A DNA stretch of 60,537 nucleotides from Nitrospirota bacterium (lineage in GTDB: Bacteria > Nitrospirota > Nitrospiria > Nitrospirales > Nitrospiraceae): positions 1 to 60,537 of the forward strand of contig CAVPBK010000008.1 of NCBI GenBank assembly GCA_963701855.1. Reading direction: 5' to 3'. The position numbers were made by a program, and so were the translations under genes. The stretch's first letter is position 1. The number at the start of each line of letters is the position of its first letter. Positions 1-9,234 of this stretch are shown piece after piece. The notes under the pieces are model-generated. The model saw only the letters and a list, made by a program, of their open reading frames with translations. It did no database searches and was not told the DNA's origin.

Positions 1-64
1 CAGAAGTGGCCCCATTCGTTTGAACAGCTCGCCCGAGGTTTTTAAGTGGAGTCTCTGCTGATAC

Positions 65-894
65 TTACGCTGCCAGTTTACCCGTCGGCAGCATCACGGC
101 ATACGCCTCATCAGGTGTTTTCTTGCCCAGGCTCGAATGCGGTCTGGATTGGTTGTACCAATCCATGTATTGCATGATCGACTGCCTGGCTTCAGTGACT
201 GAGTCATAGGCATATAAATACACCCGCTCGTATTTCACCGATTTCCACAGACGCTCGACGAACACATTGTCCCTCCAGGCTCCGCGCCCGTCCATGCTGA
301 GGTGGCACCCCCGATCCTTGACGGCGTGCACGAACTCCTGCGCGGTGAACTGGCTGCCCTGATCGGTATTCACAATCTCCGGCTCGCCATGGCGAGTGAA
401 CGCCTCTTGCAGCACATCGACGGCATGGCAGGTCTCCATCGTGATCGCGACCTTCGCGGCCAGCACCTTGCGGCTGGCCCAATCCACCACGGCGGTCAGG
501 TAGACAAACCCTTTGGCCATGGGAATATACGTCGTGTCGAGCGCCCACACCTGGTTGGCCCGGTTGATGGTGAGCCCGCGCAGCAGTAGGGATACACGTC
601 ATGGCCGGGGTGTTTCTTGCTGGTGCCCGGCTTTCGGTACAGCGCCTCCATGCCCATGCGCTTCATCAACGTGCCCACGTGTTTTCGTCCCACGTCGAAC
701 CCCTCCCGATTCAGTTGGTCGCGCAGCATACGCGCGCCCATGAACGGGTGCTCCAGGTGCAACGCGTCCAGGCGACGCATCAGGAGCAGATCGGTCGCGC
801 TGACAGACTTGGGCACATAGTAGACGCTGCCCCGGCTGATCCCCGCCAGCTGGGCCTGGCGGCTGATCGGCAGGGCATGGGTGGCGTCCATCAT
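65..894 (-). pseudogene. IS3 transposase OrfB (DDE), frameshifted near 586
   Basis: ORFs 496-894 and 65-550 join as HDVYPY(L)LRGLTINRANQVWALDTTY if one base is restored; DDE motifs WALD, NTDQG, FVER. Confidence 0.85.
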
Positions 895-1196
895 CGCTTT
901 GCGCTCAGCAATCCCACCTTGATGAGCGCCCCTTCTAAAAAATCATTCTCCAGCGTGAGCTGCCCAATCTTGGCATGCACGGCCTTCAGATCCACCGGCG
1001 GCTCCGTTGCCGCGGTTCCACCGCCAAAGATTTCGGCGGCTCGCTCGCTGAGTTGCCGTTTCCACTCGGTAATCTGATTGGGATGCACCTCAAACCGCTG
1101 TGCCAGTTCGGCCAACGTCTTGTCGCCGCCCATCGCGGCTAACGCCACGGTGGCTTTGAACACCGCTGAGTGCGTCCGTCTCGTTCTCTTTGTCAT
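891..1196 (-). CDS. IS3 transposase OrfA (HTH)
   Basis: [21 protein letters not shown]...[28 protein letters not shown] upstream; stop overlaps orfB ATG. Confidence 0.9.
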   Translation of the reverse strand: MTKRTRRTHSAVFKATVALAAMGGDKTLAELAQRFEVHPNQITEWKRQLSERAAEIFGGGTAATEPPVDLKAVHAKIGQLTLENDFLEGALIKVGLLSAKR

Positions 1197-1285
1197 TCTC
1201 TGCTCCCTTTCATCGCCCAGTAGGGCCATTTACGGTAGCAGATTCTCCACTTAGCGGCTTGTTCAAATTTCTGGAGCCACTTCTA

Positions 1286-1429
1286 ACATTGAGTAGGACG
1301 GTCACAACCCTAGTACGAAAGCAGTGGGTCGCCAAGCGTCGTTCCGCTACAGATGATCACGTTGTTGCCTTGTCGCTCAGTCGGCGGGGAAACGTGCTCG
1401 CCCTACAAATCGGCCAGCGGGTACACTAA
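1286..1429 (+). pseudogene. C-terminal fragment of a MarR-like winged-helix regulator, cut by the IS3
   Basis: TLSRTVTTLVRKQWVAKRRSATDDHVVALSLSRRG resembles the MarR recognition helix and wing. Confidence 0.55.
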
Positions 1430-1501
1430 ACGATTGTCCTACTGGATCAACACGACCATAGGCCCTCGGTGTGATCCCGTTAGGCCACCTCGCATAGGCA
1501 C

Positions 1502-1585
1502 TTGTGCCTTCCTTCGCATCCCTCCTACAATACGCTCCCTGCGGGGCTCTCATGACCTTCTCGATTCGCCCAGCGTGTCGCTTGC
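1502..1585 (+). repeat. Duplicated promoter plus gene-start segment, copy 1
   Basis: Closely similar to 4674-4761; TTGTGC-N18-TACAAT followed by M(T/P)FSIR. Confidence 0.85.
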
Positions 1586-1989
1586 CGCTGGCCTATGTTT
1601 TGGGTTTCGTGGCCACGATCACACTCCTGGTGAGTAGTGTGCCAGCATATGCGGAGTGGGTGGAGGTTGGTGGCAACGAGGAAGCAGGAGTGACTGTATA
1701 CGCCGATCCAGACACCATTTCCCGCAAAGGAAATCTAGCGAAGATGTGGGCATTGTTCGACTCCAAGACGACACAAAACATTGGGGTCGGCTTGTTTATG
1801 TCTCACAAGGACCAACGCGAGTACGACTGCACAATAGAACGCTATCGGTTACTTACATTCATGCAATTCTCTGGCAACATGGGAAGTGGTACGGTGGGTT
1901 ATAGCAGCTCAGGTGAAGGGCGGTGGATACCAGTTCAACCAGGTAGTCTTGACCAATCTCTGTGGAAAATTGCCTGCGACAAGAAGTGA
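1551..1989 (+). CDS. Exported protein, surface-adhesin-E-like domain
   Basis: Signal peptide ending PAYA-EW; VYADPDTI, EYDC, WIPVQPGS...IAC pattern. Confidence 0.65.
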
Positions 1990-2694
1990 TCTCGCAATGC
2001 TCAAACGGTTGGGGCGGATCATTGAGATGGGGCAGCGAGTGGCGAAGGGGACGATGCACTAGCGATGTCGCACCGCCAGCAACACATTCGTAGATGCGGG
2101 GACACCCCCTATCGCGGGCCTGCGGCCTTCTATAGGTGCCTTTCAATTGTGTTTAAGCATAAGTCGAGGAGGAGATGTGAGAAATATTTGTAGAGAGGTC
2201 AAGAAAAATATTCACAAAACCCTTTCCCCAGCTTCTGTGGACAAGTCTGTTCATAAGGTCGCCCTGCCCACCAAATACCATGAATTTCTGTACTCCAATA
2301 CGTCTTTGCCTAAAAATTAAGCATTGGTTGAAACCGATAGTGCACCACAAGATATGGTGCTCTTAAGGGTTAAACCCAAGAGGACACAACAATTCCTAGA
2401 ACATGGCAGGCGTTCCACGTATTACCGTATGAATTTCAGCCCTGGAAGCGCTGTTCATGATCGAGTTATGCACAGACACCGCTCCTGGCTTGTGTTTTGT
2501 GTCTCATTATTTGGATTCAATTAAATCTTGAACAGTGATCAATATTGACCAGTTTTGTTGAGCGGGCACATGCTATTTGCGTTCTAGCAAACCGTCCCAG
2601 TACCCATGTCTTATTGTTTCCTATTACGGATAGAAGACGAGCATCAGGGCGCGCATCTTTTCGCAATACGTACTTGGCATCCCGGAGGTCCACC

Positions 2695-2862
2695 GTGAGA
2701 CGGAAAGAATCGCAAGAAGCACCACAGTTCCTCCCCGTGAGTCCACACCGCACCTGTAGGCATAGTCGTCTGATCTCCGACAACGTCACGGAAGAAGAAC
2801 ACAACGCCGGTCAGGTACGCTGTGTTGAATGTGGGACTATCATTTCTGATCCGCACCGCTAA
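2695..2862 (+). CDS. Small hypothetical protein, possible Zn ribbon
   Basis: GGAGG then GTG at 2695; CRH...RCVECG. Confidence 0.5.
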   Translation: MRRKESQEAPQFLPVSPHRTCRHSRLISDNVTEEEHNAGQVRCVECGTIISDPHR

Positions 2863-2957
2863 CAGGAAGCCAAGTGAAGCCGTGTTAGGCCACCCAAGGC
2901 AAATCCTTGGAGCTCAAAGCGTAGAGCATCGGCTAACGAAAGTAAGGGAGATCGGCC

Positions 2958-3611
2958 ATAGCACGCAAACGAACCACATCGTTTGATCCCCAGACATTCC
3001 TCAGCAAAGTGGGGGACGGCAAAACTAGTCTGACTTTCCCCAAGAAGCAGATTCTCTATTCGCAAGGGGATGCGGCGGACGCCGTGTTCTATATCCAGGC
3101 GGGCAAGGTCAAGTTGTCCGTAGTCTCGCCGCGTGGCAAAGAAGCCGTCGTTGCGATTCTGGAGCAGGGCAGCTTTTTTGGGGAATCCTGCCTTGCTGGA
3201 CAGATTGTTCGGACGGCGACGGTGACCGCTCTGGAAGACTGCACGGTCGTGCGCATCGACAAAGGCGCCATGATCCGTGTGCTGCACGACGAACCCACGT
3301 TCGCCGAGCTGTTTATGACCTATCTGCTGACTCACTCGATTCGCATCCAAGAGGATTTAGTGGATCAACTCTTCAATTCTATCGAGAAGCGGCTGGCGAG
3401 CGCGTTGCTATTAATGGCCCACTTTGGAAAAGACGGCAAGCCGAAACCGGTGATCGCGAAGGTCAATCAGGAAACACTCGCCGAGATGATCGGCACGACA
3501 CGCTCCCGGGTCAGTTACTTTATGAACAAGTTCCGCAAACTGGGCTTCATTAGTTACAACGGCGGGATGCACGTGCACAGTTCCCTTCTCAATATCGTTC
3601 TCCATGACTAG
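2958..3611 (+). CDS. Crp/Fnr-family transcriptional regulator (apparent start codon is ATA)
   Basis: cNMP-binding domain (FFGESCL) and HTH (NQETLAEMIGTTRSRVS); frame is open back to ATA 2958, which follows AAGGGAG. Confidence 0.9.
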   Translation: MARKRTTSFDPQTFLSKVGDGKTSLTFPKKQILYSQGDAADAVFYIQAGKVKLSVVSPRGKEAVVAILEQGSFFGESCLAGQIVRTATVTALEDCTVVRIDKGAMIRVLHDEPTFAELFMTYLLTHSIRIQEDLVDQLFNSIEKRLASALLLMAHFGKDGKPKPVIAKVNQETLAEMIGTTRSRVSYFMNKFRKLGFISYNGGMHVHSSLLNIVLHD

Positions 3612-3625
3612 ATCCCCCGTTATAA

Positions 3626-3703
3626 GTCCTGCACAACACCTACCTTGAACGTATCCGCCTCAGCGGGATCGACTGCCCTGAGAAAGGCCAAGCCTATGGC
3701 ACC
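3626..3703 (+). pseudogene. Thermonuclease (SNase) fragment
   Basis: VLHNTYLERIRLSGIDCPEKGQAYGT; DNA closely similar to 6006-6062. Confidence 0.8.
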
Positions 3704-3831
3704 ATTGGCATCTAATTCTACAATCGACCTGCTGTGATCCCGTTTCCGTCCCAATCTATAAACCACCTCCCTGTCCTGTTCCCACGGACAGCGTTAATCC
3801 AACCCGGGCGTCTACCCCCTTCTTTTATCCA

Positions 3832-4251
3832 TCACGGCAGGAGCCATTTGTTGTGGTTCACCATCATGGAGACGATTTTTGTGAGACGCTCAGCCACGTT
3901 TGGTAGGAGAGTGTCGAAGTCCATCCCAAACTCAGACCCCTTGACCCATTTCACGATGGCGCGGTCAATCCACAACGGCTCCGGGTCCCACGGCACAAAA
4001 ATTTGCAGTGCGAGTGCCATGCCGACGGAGACCGGTCTATTCCCGGTAATGTAACTCCCGCCCAGCGAAAGATGTTTGATGATTCCTTCACCGGCAATCT
4101 TGTTCCAAAGGTACCGCACCTGCATCTCATTTTTCGACTTCGACGATGTATCAGCAATGAGGTCCGTATCCCCAAGGGTCGCAAATATCAGACTCATCAA
4201 CACCGTACCGAGAATAAGTTCACATACGATAATTCCATTCATGCTGAGCAT
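3832..4251 (-). CDS. Membrane-anchored PilZ-domain protein (degenerate motifs)
   Basis: N-terminal hydrophobic helix; GEGIIKHLSLGG...AIVKWVKGSEFGMDF. Confidence 0.75.
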   Translation of the reverse strand: MLSMNGIIVCELILGTVLMSLIFATLGDTDLIADTSSKSKNEMQVRYLWNKIAGEGIIKHLSLGGSYITGNRPVSVGMALALQIFVPWDPEPLWIDRAIVKWVKGSEFGMDFDTLLPNVAERLTKIVSMMVNHNKWLLP

Positions 4252-4514
4252 AACTCACCTCTTTCTGAACGCGTTGCGCATCGGTTCATCGCACCGTAGA
4301 TGAAAAACAACAGCCGACTCATCTTCCACTATATTGAACCACCGCAAATACAGGACTGGTATTATCCCTTGTTATTACGCGATGTACCCTAGGTCTCAAT
4401 TCACCTCATAATGCTAGGCTAACTGGATCACATACTTGGCGGTCCACTGCCATGGCTCCTCCACTAGGTTTTTTCCCAGGAAGCCCTAGTCCAGGACCCT
4501 AGTAGAGTAAACTT

Positions 4515-4619
4515 GCCTTAGAAACCGTCATGGAAACACTTTGCCGACCCACTGCAGTGTGACCATGCGTAATCTGAGGTGAAAGGCTCGGCTCCGAAAG
4601 GGGTCGGGCCTTTGTTTTT
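4515..4619 (+). ncRNA. Candidate sRNA of about 100 nt
   Basis: -10 TAGAGT at 4503, internal hairpin CATGG/CCATG plus ACACT/AGTGT, strong terminator, no convincing ORF. Confidence 0.45.
4582..4619 (+). terminator. Intrinsic terminator
   Basis: AAAGGCTCGGCTCC-GAAA-GGGGTCGGGCCTTT followed by GTTTTT. Confidence 0.85.
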
Positions 4620-4673
4620 GCTCACAGGCGACTAGAAGTTGTATAGGGTCTAAGGATCGTCGCGTCTAATCCC

Positions 4674-4768
4674 TTGCGCCTTCCTTCGCATCCCTCCTAC
4701 AATACGCCTCCCTGCGAGGCTGCCTATGCCCTTCTCGATTCGTCGCCACTGTCGCTTCCCCGTTATAA
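4674..4768 (+). repeat. Duplicated promoter plus gene-start segment, copy 2 (abortive MPFSIRRHCRFPL*)
   Basis: Matches 1502-1585. Confidence 0.8.
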
Positions 4769-4865
4769 TGCTATCGCTGAACACGCTGACAAAGATGGCG
4801 AAGGCGCTGAAGGTGCTGGTGGCGGAGTTGGTGACGTAACGAGATACGAAACGGGAGGGGACAAA

Positions 4866-5144
4866 ATGAACTTCTTCTACACGCGCCTCTTTGTGCTGAT
4901 CGCGATGCTGGTGCCAGTCCTCGCGGGCTGCGAGTCCTATGTACTGCCGCTCGGGCTCGCAAATCCTTCTATTAAGGATGCGAAACAAGGTCAGGACTGT
5001 CGAGGGTACTTTAGTGACGTGCCTGATCTCACCGGCACGCAGGCGATGCGCTCGGGCGGGATTACCAAACTACGAAGCGCCGAGTATCGCGTGAACGCCT
5101 TTGCAGGCGTGGGACACGAGTGCGTGATCGCTCGCGGAGAATAA
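4866..5144 (+). CDS. Small lipoprotein (TRL-like)
   Basis: GGGAGGGG RBS; lipobox VLAGC; KQGQDC...GGITKL...CVIARGE. Confidence 0.7.
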   Translation: MNFFYTRLFVLIAMLVPVLAGCESYVLPLGLANPSIKDAKQGQDCRGYFSDVPDLTGTQAMRSGGITKLRSAEYRVNAFAGVGHECVIARGE

Positions 5145-5410
5145 CCGACAGGGCGGTGCCGCCGTGGGAGTGACGGAAGAAGAACTATCGGCAGTGAGCT
5201 GGCTTATTTCCTGGCGTTGGCGCGCTTGGCTTCGGCTTGCGTCGCTCGCAGCGGCACGCGGATTTTTGGGGTCAAATAATATAAATTCCGGCAAGGCTCC
5301 CGGTTTGTGATGATGTGTTTCAAAAAATGCTTATAGTGTTCGAGATCTTCCCGCACGCGGTATCCAAGTCGGCCTTGGCGAAGAAAAAAGCCTCGTGCAA
5401 CGGCGCTCGT

Positions 5411-5794
5411 CTAATTCGGCGTGCAGTCACCCTCATGCTCATTTCTACGATCCGTCGATTTGCCAGATCGAATCAATAGCGTATGGTTCTGTTCGTTCGT
5501 GTACGCCAGAACCTGGTCTCCTTGAGTTATGTCAATTTTCTCCGTGGTCTGGTCGGTCTGCAAACTCACTTCCTTGCCGTCCTGCCCCTTCACGACATAG
5601 GTAGTGCCTTCCACGCGCAACAATTCTCCCTGGATCACTTGCTTAGCTTTTAAAGCAGCTACATGGGCTTCACATGGGTCAGCACTTGTTTGCTCAGCAC
5701 CAGAGTAAGGATCATTAGCCAGCACCCCATGGGACAGACCATCACCGCACAAGAGAGCACACGAAAGCACATAGACTGTTCGAAGTTTGATCAT
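5411..5794 (-). CDS. Exported beta-rich hypothetical protein, paralog of 6545-6844
   Basis: AAGGAGG RBS, signal peptide, VIQGELLRVEGTTYVVKGQDGKEV. Confidence 0.8.
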   Translation of the reverse strand: MIKLRTVYVLSCALLCGDGLSHGVLANDPYSGAEQTSADPCEAHVAALKAKQVIQGELLRVEGTTYVVKGQDGKEVSLQTDQTTEKIDITQGDQVLAYTNEQNHTLLIRSGKSTDRRNEHEGDCTPN

Positions 5795-6005
5795 AAACGC
5801 CTCCTTAGAAAAAACTGTGTATACAAATCCTACCTATCTCCGATGGCGTATAAAACTAGGAGAAGCCCTAGCAAACACCCATGTATGTGAACGATGTGAG
5901 CATGCACTCGCATTAGTCTAGGGGCGGTCTCTTCGTTGTGTTCATGTTTTTCTTTGTCTGGCTCGCCCTCGTGAGGGAACGCCAAAGGGTCGGTAGCTTC
6001 CCTCT

Positions 6006-6263
6006 GAGCGCATCCGCCTCAGCAGCGTCGACTGCCCTGAGAAAGGCCAAGCCTTTGGTACCCGAGCGAAGCAGGCTGCGTCCGCGTTCGTGTTCAGGAG
6101 AGATGTCATCCTCCAGACTCATGGTCAGGACAAGTACGGGCGCACCCTTGGAGACGTGCTCCTGCCCGATGGCATGAACCTGAATCAGGAACTCGTCAGG
6201 CAAGGGGTGTGCTGGTGGTACCGGAAGTACGCACCAGGGGATAGGGTGCTGGAAAGGCTGGAG
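6006..6263 (+). pseudogene. Thermonuclease (SNase) core fragment
   Basis: RIRLSSVDCPEKGQAFG...DKYGRTLGDV...NLNQELVRQGVCWWYRKYAPGD; no N- or C-terminus. Confidence 0.9.
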
Positions 6264-6281
6264 TGTGGACCCGGAGCTTGA

Positions 6282-6371
6282 TTATCGAAGCAATATGGCA
6301 AGCAGGGTGCCGATTGCGGTCATGCTAGTAAGGACGAGAATGGCATCGAAGAGAGATCGAAATTCGCTCAT
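6282..6371 (-). CDS. 29-aa single-TM microprotein
   Basis: MSEFRSLFDAILVLTSMTAIGTLLAILLR; AGGAGG RBS; TTGACG-N17-TATGGT promoter. Confidence 0.6.
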   Translation of the reverse strand: MSEFRSLFDAILVLTSMTAIGTLLAILLR

Positions 6372-6396
6372 TAAGGTAGTCACCTCCTGTATACGA

Positions 6397-6442
6397 ACCA
6401 TACCGCTGAGAGTGCGTTTCGTCAAACTAGGATGTCCTCTAG
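6397..6442 (-). promoter_or_regulatory. sigma70 promoter with adjacent 16-bp palindromic box
   Basis: -35 TTGACG (6420-6425), -10 TATGGT (6397-6402), box CTAGGATGTCCTCTAG (6427-6442). Confidence 0.6.
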
Positions 6443-6502
6443 GGCTGGTGCTGGTGGTATCGGAAGTACGCGCCAGGGGATAGGGTGCTGGAAGGCTTGG
6501 AG
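6443..6502 (+). pseudogene. Thermonuclease fragment, second copy of the WWYRKYAPGD segment
   Basis: GWCWWYRKYAPGDRVLEGLE; closely similar to 6204-6263. Confidence 0.85.
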
Positions 6503-6544
6503 TGGTGCGTCTAGTCCTACGCCCCGGCCTTCCTGCTTAAGGGA

Positions 6545-6844
6545 TTATCGAATCAATAGCGCGTTATTCTTATCGTCCACCTTCGCTTCAACACGATCCC
6601 CCTTCTTCACTTGTCCCATTACCTGGGTCTTGTTATCTATATGCACACGGACTTCCTTGCCATCCTTATCCTTGATGATATAGTCCCCGTATTCGACGTT
6701 CACCAGAACCCCCTTGATCACCTTGGCCTGTTCGAGGCGGCTCGCTCCCTCCTCATCGGCGGCGGCATGCGCCGCTTGGGACAGCCCGAGGCACAGCAAC
6801 ACCCCACACGATAGGACACTGACTACTTTGGTAATTGAAAGCAT
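6545..6844 (-). CDS. Exported beta-rich hypothetical protein
   Basis: GAGGAGG RBS, signal peptide, KVIKGVLVNVEYGDYIIKDKDGKEV. Confidence 0.85.
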   Translation of the reverse strand: MLSITKVVSVLSCGVLLCLGLSQAAHAAADEEGASRLEQAKVIKGVLVNVEYGDYIIKDKDGKEVRVHIDNKTQVMGQVKKGDRVEAKVDDKNNALLIR

Positions 6845-6973
6845 TAACGCCTCCTCGGTTAGAGAGTCAGGGGAGCTAGAAAGACACCTCGTTTGGCCTG
6901 AGGTTCGAACGAAACGCGTCTAAAGGTCATATCAATACGGCGGCCAGGCTTCGCCAGGCCCGTTTGTAGCGCG

Positions 6974-7270
6974 TCAAACACGAGCCGATCGGCTCTTCAG
7001 CCAGGACTGCCGCATGATCTCCTCGACCTTCGCGAAACACGTCGGACAGTACGTGTGCGTGAGCGCAAGCTCGGCTGGACTCACGCCATGGGCCTCGCGA
7101 TACGCCCGTTGACTTATCCAGCGTTCAAGATCAGGGGTTGCTCCCACCTTGTCTTGTACGAGTCCGCAGGCACAACAGGCGGGGAGCAGCGTCGGGGCGA
7201 TGAAGGTTTCTCTCACCGGAGCAGAAGGCGACTTACGAGCGGTCTTTGTGAACAGCGTCTCAAGAAACAT
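6974..7270 (-). CDS. Hypothetical protein with CxxC...HxxCxxC metal-binding pattern
   Basis: AAGGAGG RBS; CCACG, THTYCPTC. Confidence 0.75.
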   Translation of the reverse strand: MFLETLFTKTARKSPSAPVRETFIAPTLLPACCACGLVQDKVGATPDLERWISQRAYREAHGVSPAELALTHTYCPTCFAKVEEIMRQSWLKSRSARV

Positions 7271-7370
7271 ACGCCACCTCCTTATTCTTCGCCAGTCAGG
7301 GAAATCACCACTGCAGTGATAGGGCGAAGCTGATTGTCAATACTAACTACCAACATACAGCGATTTGTAG

Positions 7371-7390
7371 AACTGGGGAATTCCCCAGTT
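7371..7390. promoter_or_regulatory. Perfect 20-bp palindrome, candidate regulator site
   Basis: AACTGGGGAATTCCCCAGTT. Confidence 0.55.
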
Positions 7391-7556
7391 TCATTTGAAC
7401 AGGGTACTAGGGACTAGCTACTTAGACCGGACTTGGGGAGGAGCTTGCCGGAGAGCCCGAATGCTTTCTTGCCTCATGTCATAGGAATTGGCGGGGCTTT
7501 CAATGGAAGGCTACGGCACGATCGTTTCATAATGACCGGCCCCCAGCTGATAGGGG

Positions 7557-7682
7557 CGGTATCGAAAGCATCTGCCAGGCGATGCTGTTTGCGAAGAGTT
7601 GAAGAAGGCAGCACGAGAGGCCAAGAGAGACTTGTGGATTTATTCCAAGCCGGTGCCGCCGTGGGAGGGGAAGAAGCGGTAA
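7557..7682 (+). pseudogene. Thermonuclease C-terminal fragment
   Basis: RYRKHLPGDAVCEELKKAAREAKRDLWIYSKPVPPWEGKKR*. Confidence 0.8.
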
Positions 7683-7989
7683 CCAAGGGGCGGGGTATCA
7701 ATGGGCAGGGAATTGTCAGTCATGCGACCGCTACAGTTGCCTCTCTACTGTTGATACCAACTTGCTCGCTGATGCCTTCAATGCACGAGACACCTTGAGA
7801 ATCATACTCAGTGAGGGTGACTTCAACCATCTCTCCAAAAAGACCTTCAAGAGCTGCGAACCTTGAAAATTAAACAGGAACAAAAAATCTCAGAACTCCA
7901 GTAGAAGCTTGCGCATCATAAAAAGTCAAAGGCAGGAAAGTAGTCATGGGACCTATCATCAGGAAAGGGAAAATGAAAAGAGTACAGCC

Positions 7990-9234
7990 TGAGCTAGCCC
8001 TGTTTGTGTGGACACTTTCAAAAGGGGACAATAACCCGTGGAGGTGTCTGATGGCGAAACGGCAACAGTTCACTACAGAATTTACGCGTGAAGCGGTCCA
8101 ACTCTGGAAATCGTCGGGACGCCCTGCGGCGGCGGTCGCCCGCGAGTTAGGCCTGCGGCGCAACCATCTGTACCAGTGGCAGCATGAATTGGAGACGCAT
8201 GGCGAAGCCGCGTTTCCCGGCAAGGGCGGCCGCGCCCATAGTACCGATGAGCTCACACGACTGCGGCGTGAGAATGCCCGGCTCCGGGAGGAGCGCGACA
8301 TGTTAAAAAAAGCCGCCATGTACTTTGCCAAGGAGTCACCATGAGGTATCGGTTTATCTACGCGCATCAGGCGGAGCACCGGCTCACCCGGCTGTGCCAG
8401 ACGCTGGGCGTGAGTCGGAGTGGCTACTATGCGTGGCGACGTCGGCCAGCCAGTGCGCGGACCCGAGCGAACGCGCGCTTGCTTGAGCACATGCAGCAAC
8501 TCCATCGGCAGACCCAGGCACGCTACGGGGCCATCAAGATGTGGCACACCCTGCTTGCGTCGGGAGTCGTGTGCGGCCGACACCAGGTCGCACGGCTGCG
8601 CCGACTGCACGGGCTTGAAGCTCGCCGCATGCGGCGGTTCCGGATGCTGACGGAACGGCACCAGTTTGCCCCGGCTGCGCCCAACCGCCTGCACCAGGTC
8701 TTCGTGGCCCCCGCGGTGAATCGGATCTGGGTGGGAGACCTCACAGCCATCGCGACGCGGAGCGGCTGGCTGTATCTGGCGGTGCTGCTCGATCTATACT
8801 CGCGCCGCGTGATTGGCTGGGCGATGAGTGCCAAGCCGGATCAGCACCTGGCCATCGAGGCGTTGCAGATGGCACTCGTGTCGCGTCGGCCTCACCAGGG
8901 ACTCATGCCTCACACGGATCAAGGGGCCACCTACACCAGCGTGGCCTACCAACATCGGCTGGCCGAGCACGGGATTGTGGTGAGTATGAGTCGGAAGGGC
9001 AACTGCTATGACAATGCGGTGGCCGAGAGCTTCTTCAGTACCTTGAAGAACGAACTCGTCCATGAGCGGGACTATCACACCCGCGAGGAGGCACGGGCCG
9101 AGATCTTCGAGTTCATTGAGGTGTTCTATAATCGGCAACGGCTACACCAGACGCTCGGCTATGTCAGTCCCGAGCAGTTTGAAACCCAGAACCTGTCCCC
9201 CTTCGGGGGTGTCTGCGGAATCGGGGGTAGCTCA
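7990..9234 (+). mobile_element. IS3-family element with 3-bp target duplication GCC
   Basis: 26-bp imperfect IRs TGAGCTAGCCCTGTTTGTGTGGACAC / TGAGCTACCCCCGATTCCGCAGACAC; GCC at 7987-7989 and 9235-9237; A7G slippery site 8305-8312. Confidence 0.95.
8051..8344 (+). CDS. IS3 transposase OrfA
   Basis: GGAGG RBS; MAKRQQFTTEFTREAV...VARELG. Confidence 0.9.
   Translation: MAKRQQFTTEFTREAVQLWKSSGRPAAAVARELGLRRNHLYQWQHELETHGEAAFPGKGGRAHSTDELTRLRRENARLREERDMLKKAAMYFAKESP

Larger units (their letters stand above)
1..1285 (-). mobile_element. IS3-family insertion sequence, complete ends
   Basis: Imperfect terminal IRs: CAGAAGTGGCCCCATTCGTTTGAACA (from 1) vs TAGAAGTGGCTCCAGAAATTTGAACA (revcomp from 1285); orfA and orfB inside. 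Confidence 0.9.

Noticed and set aside
4530..4562. Leader peptide METLCRPTAV with attenuator
   Set aside because: No RBS, no regulatory codon run and no obvious antiterminator; the sRNA reading is preferred.
7870..8694. 274-aa antisense ORF in the IS3, and 10067-10891 in the IS30
   Set aside because: Shadows of transposase genes.
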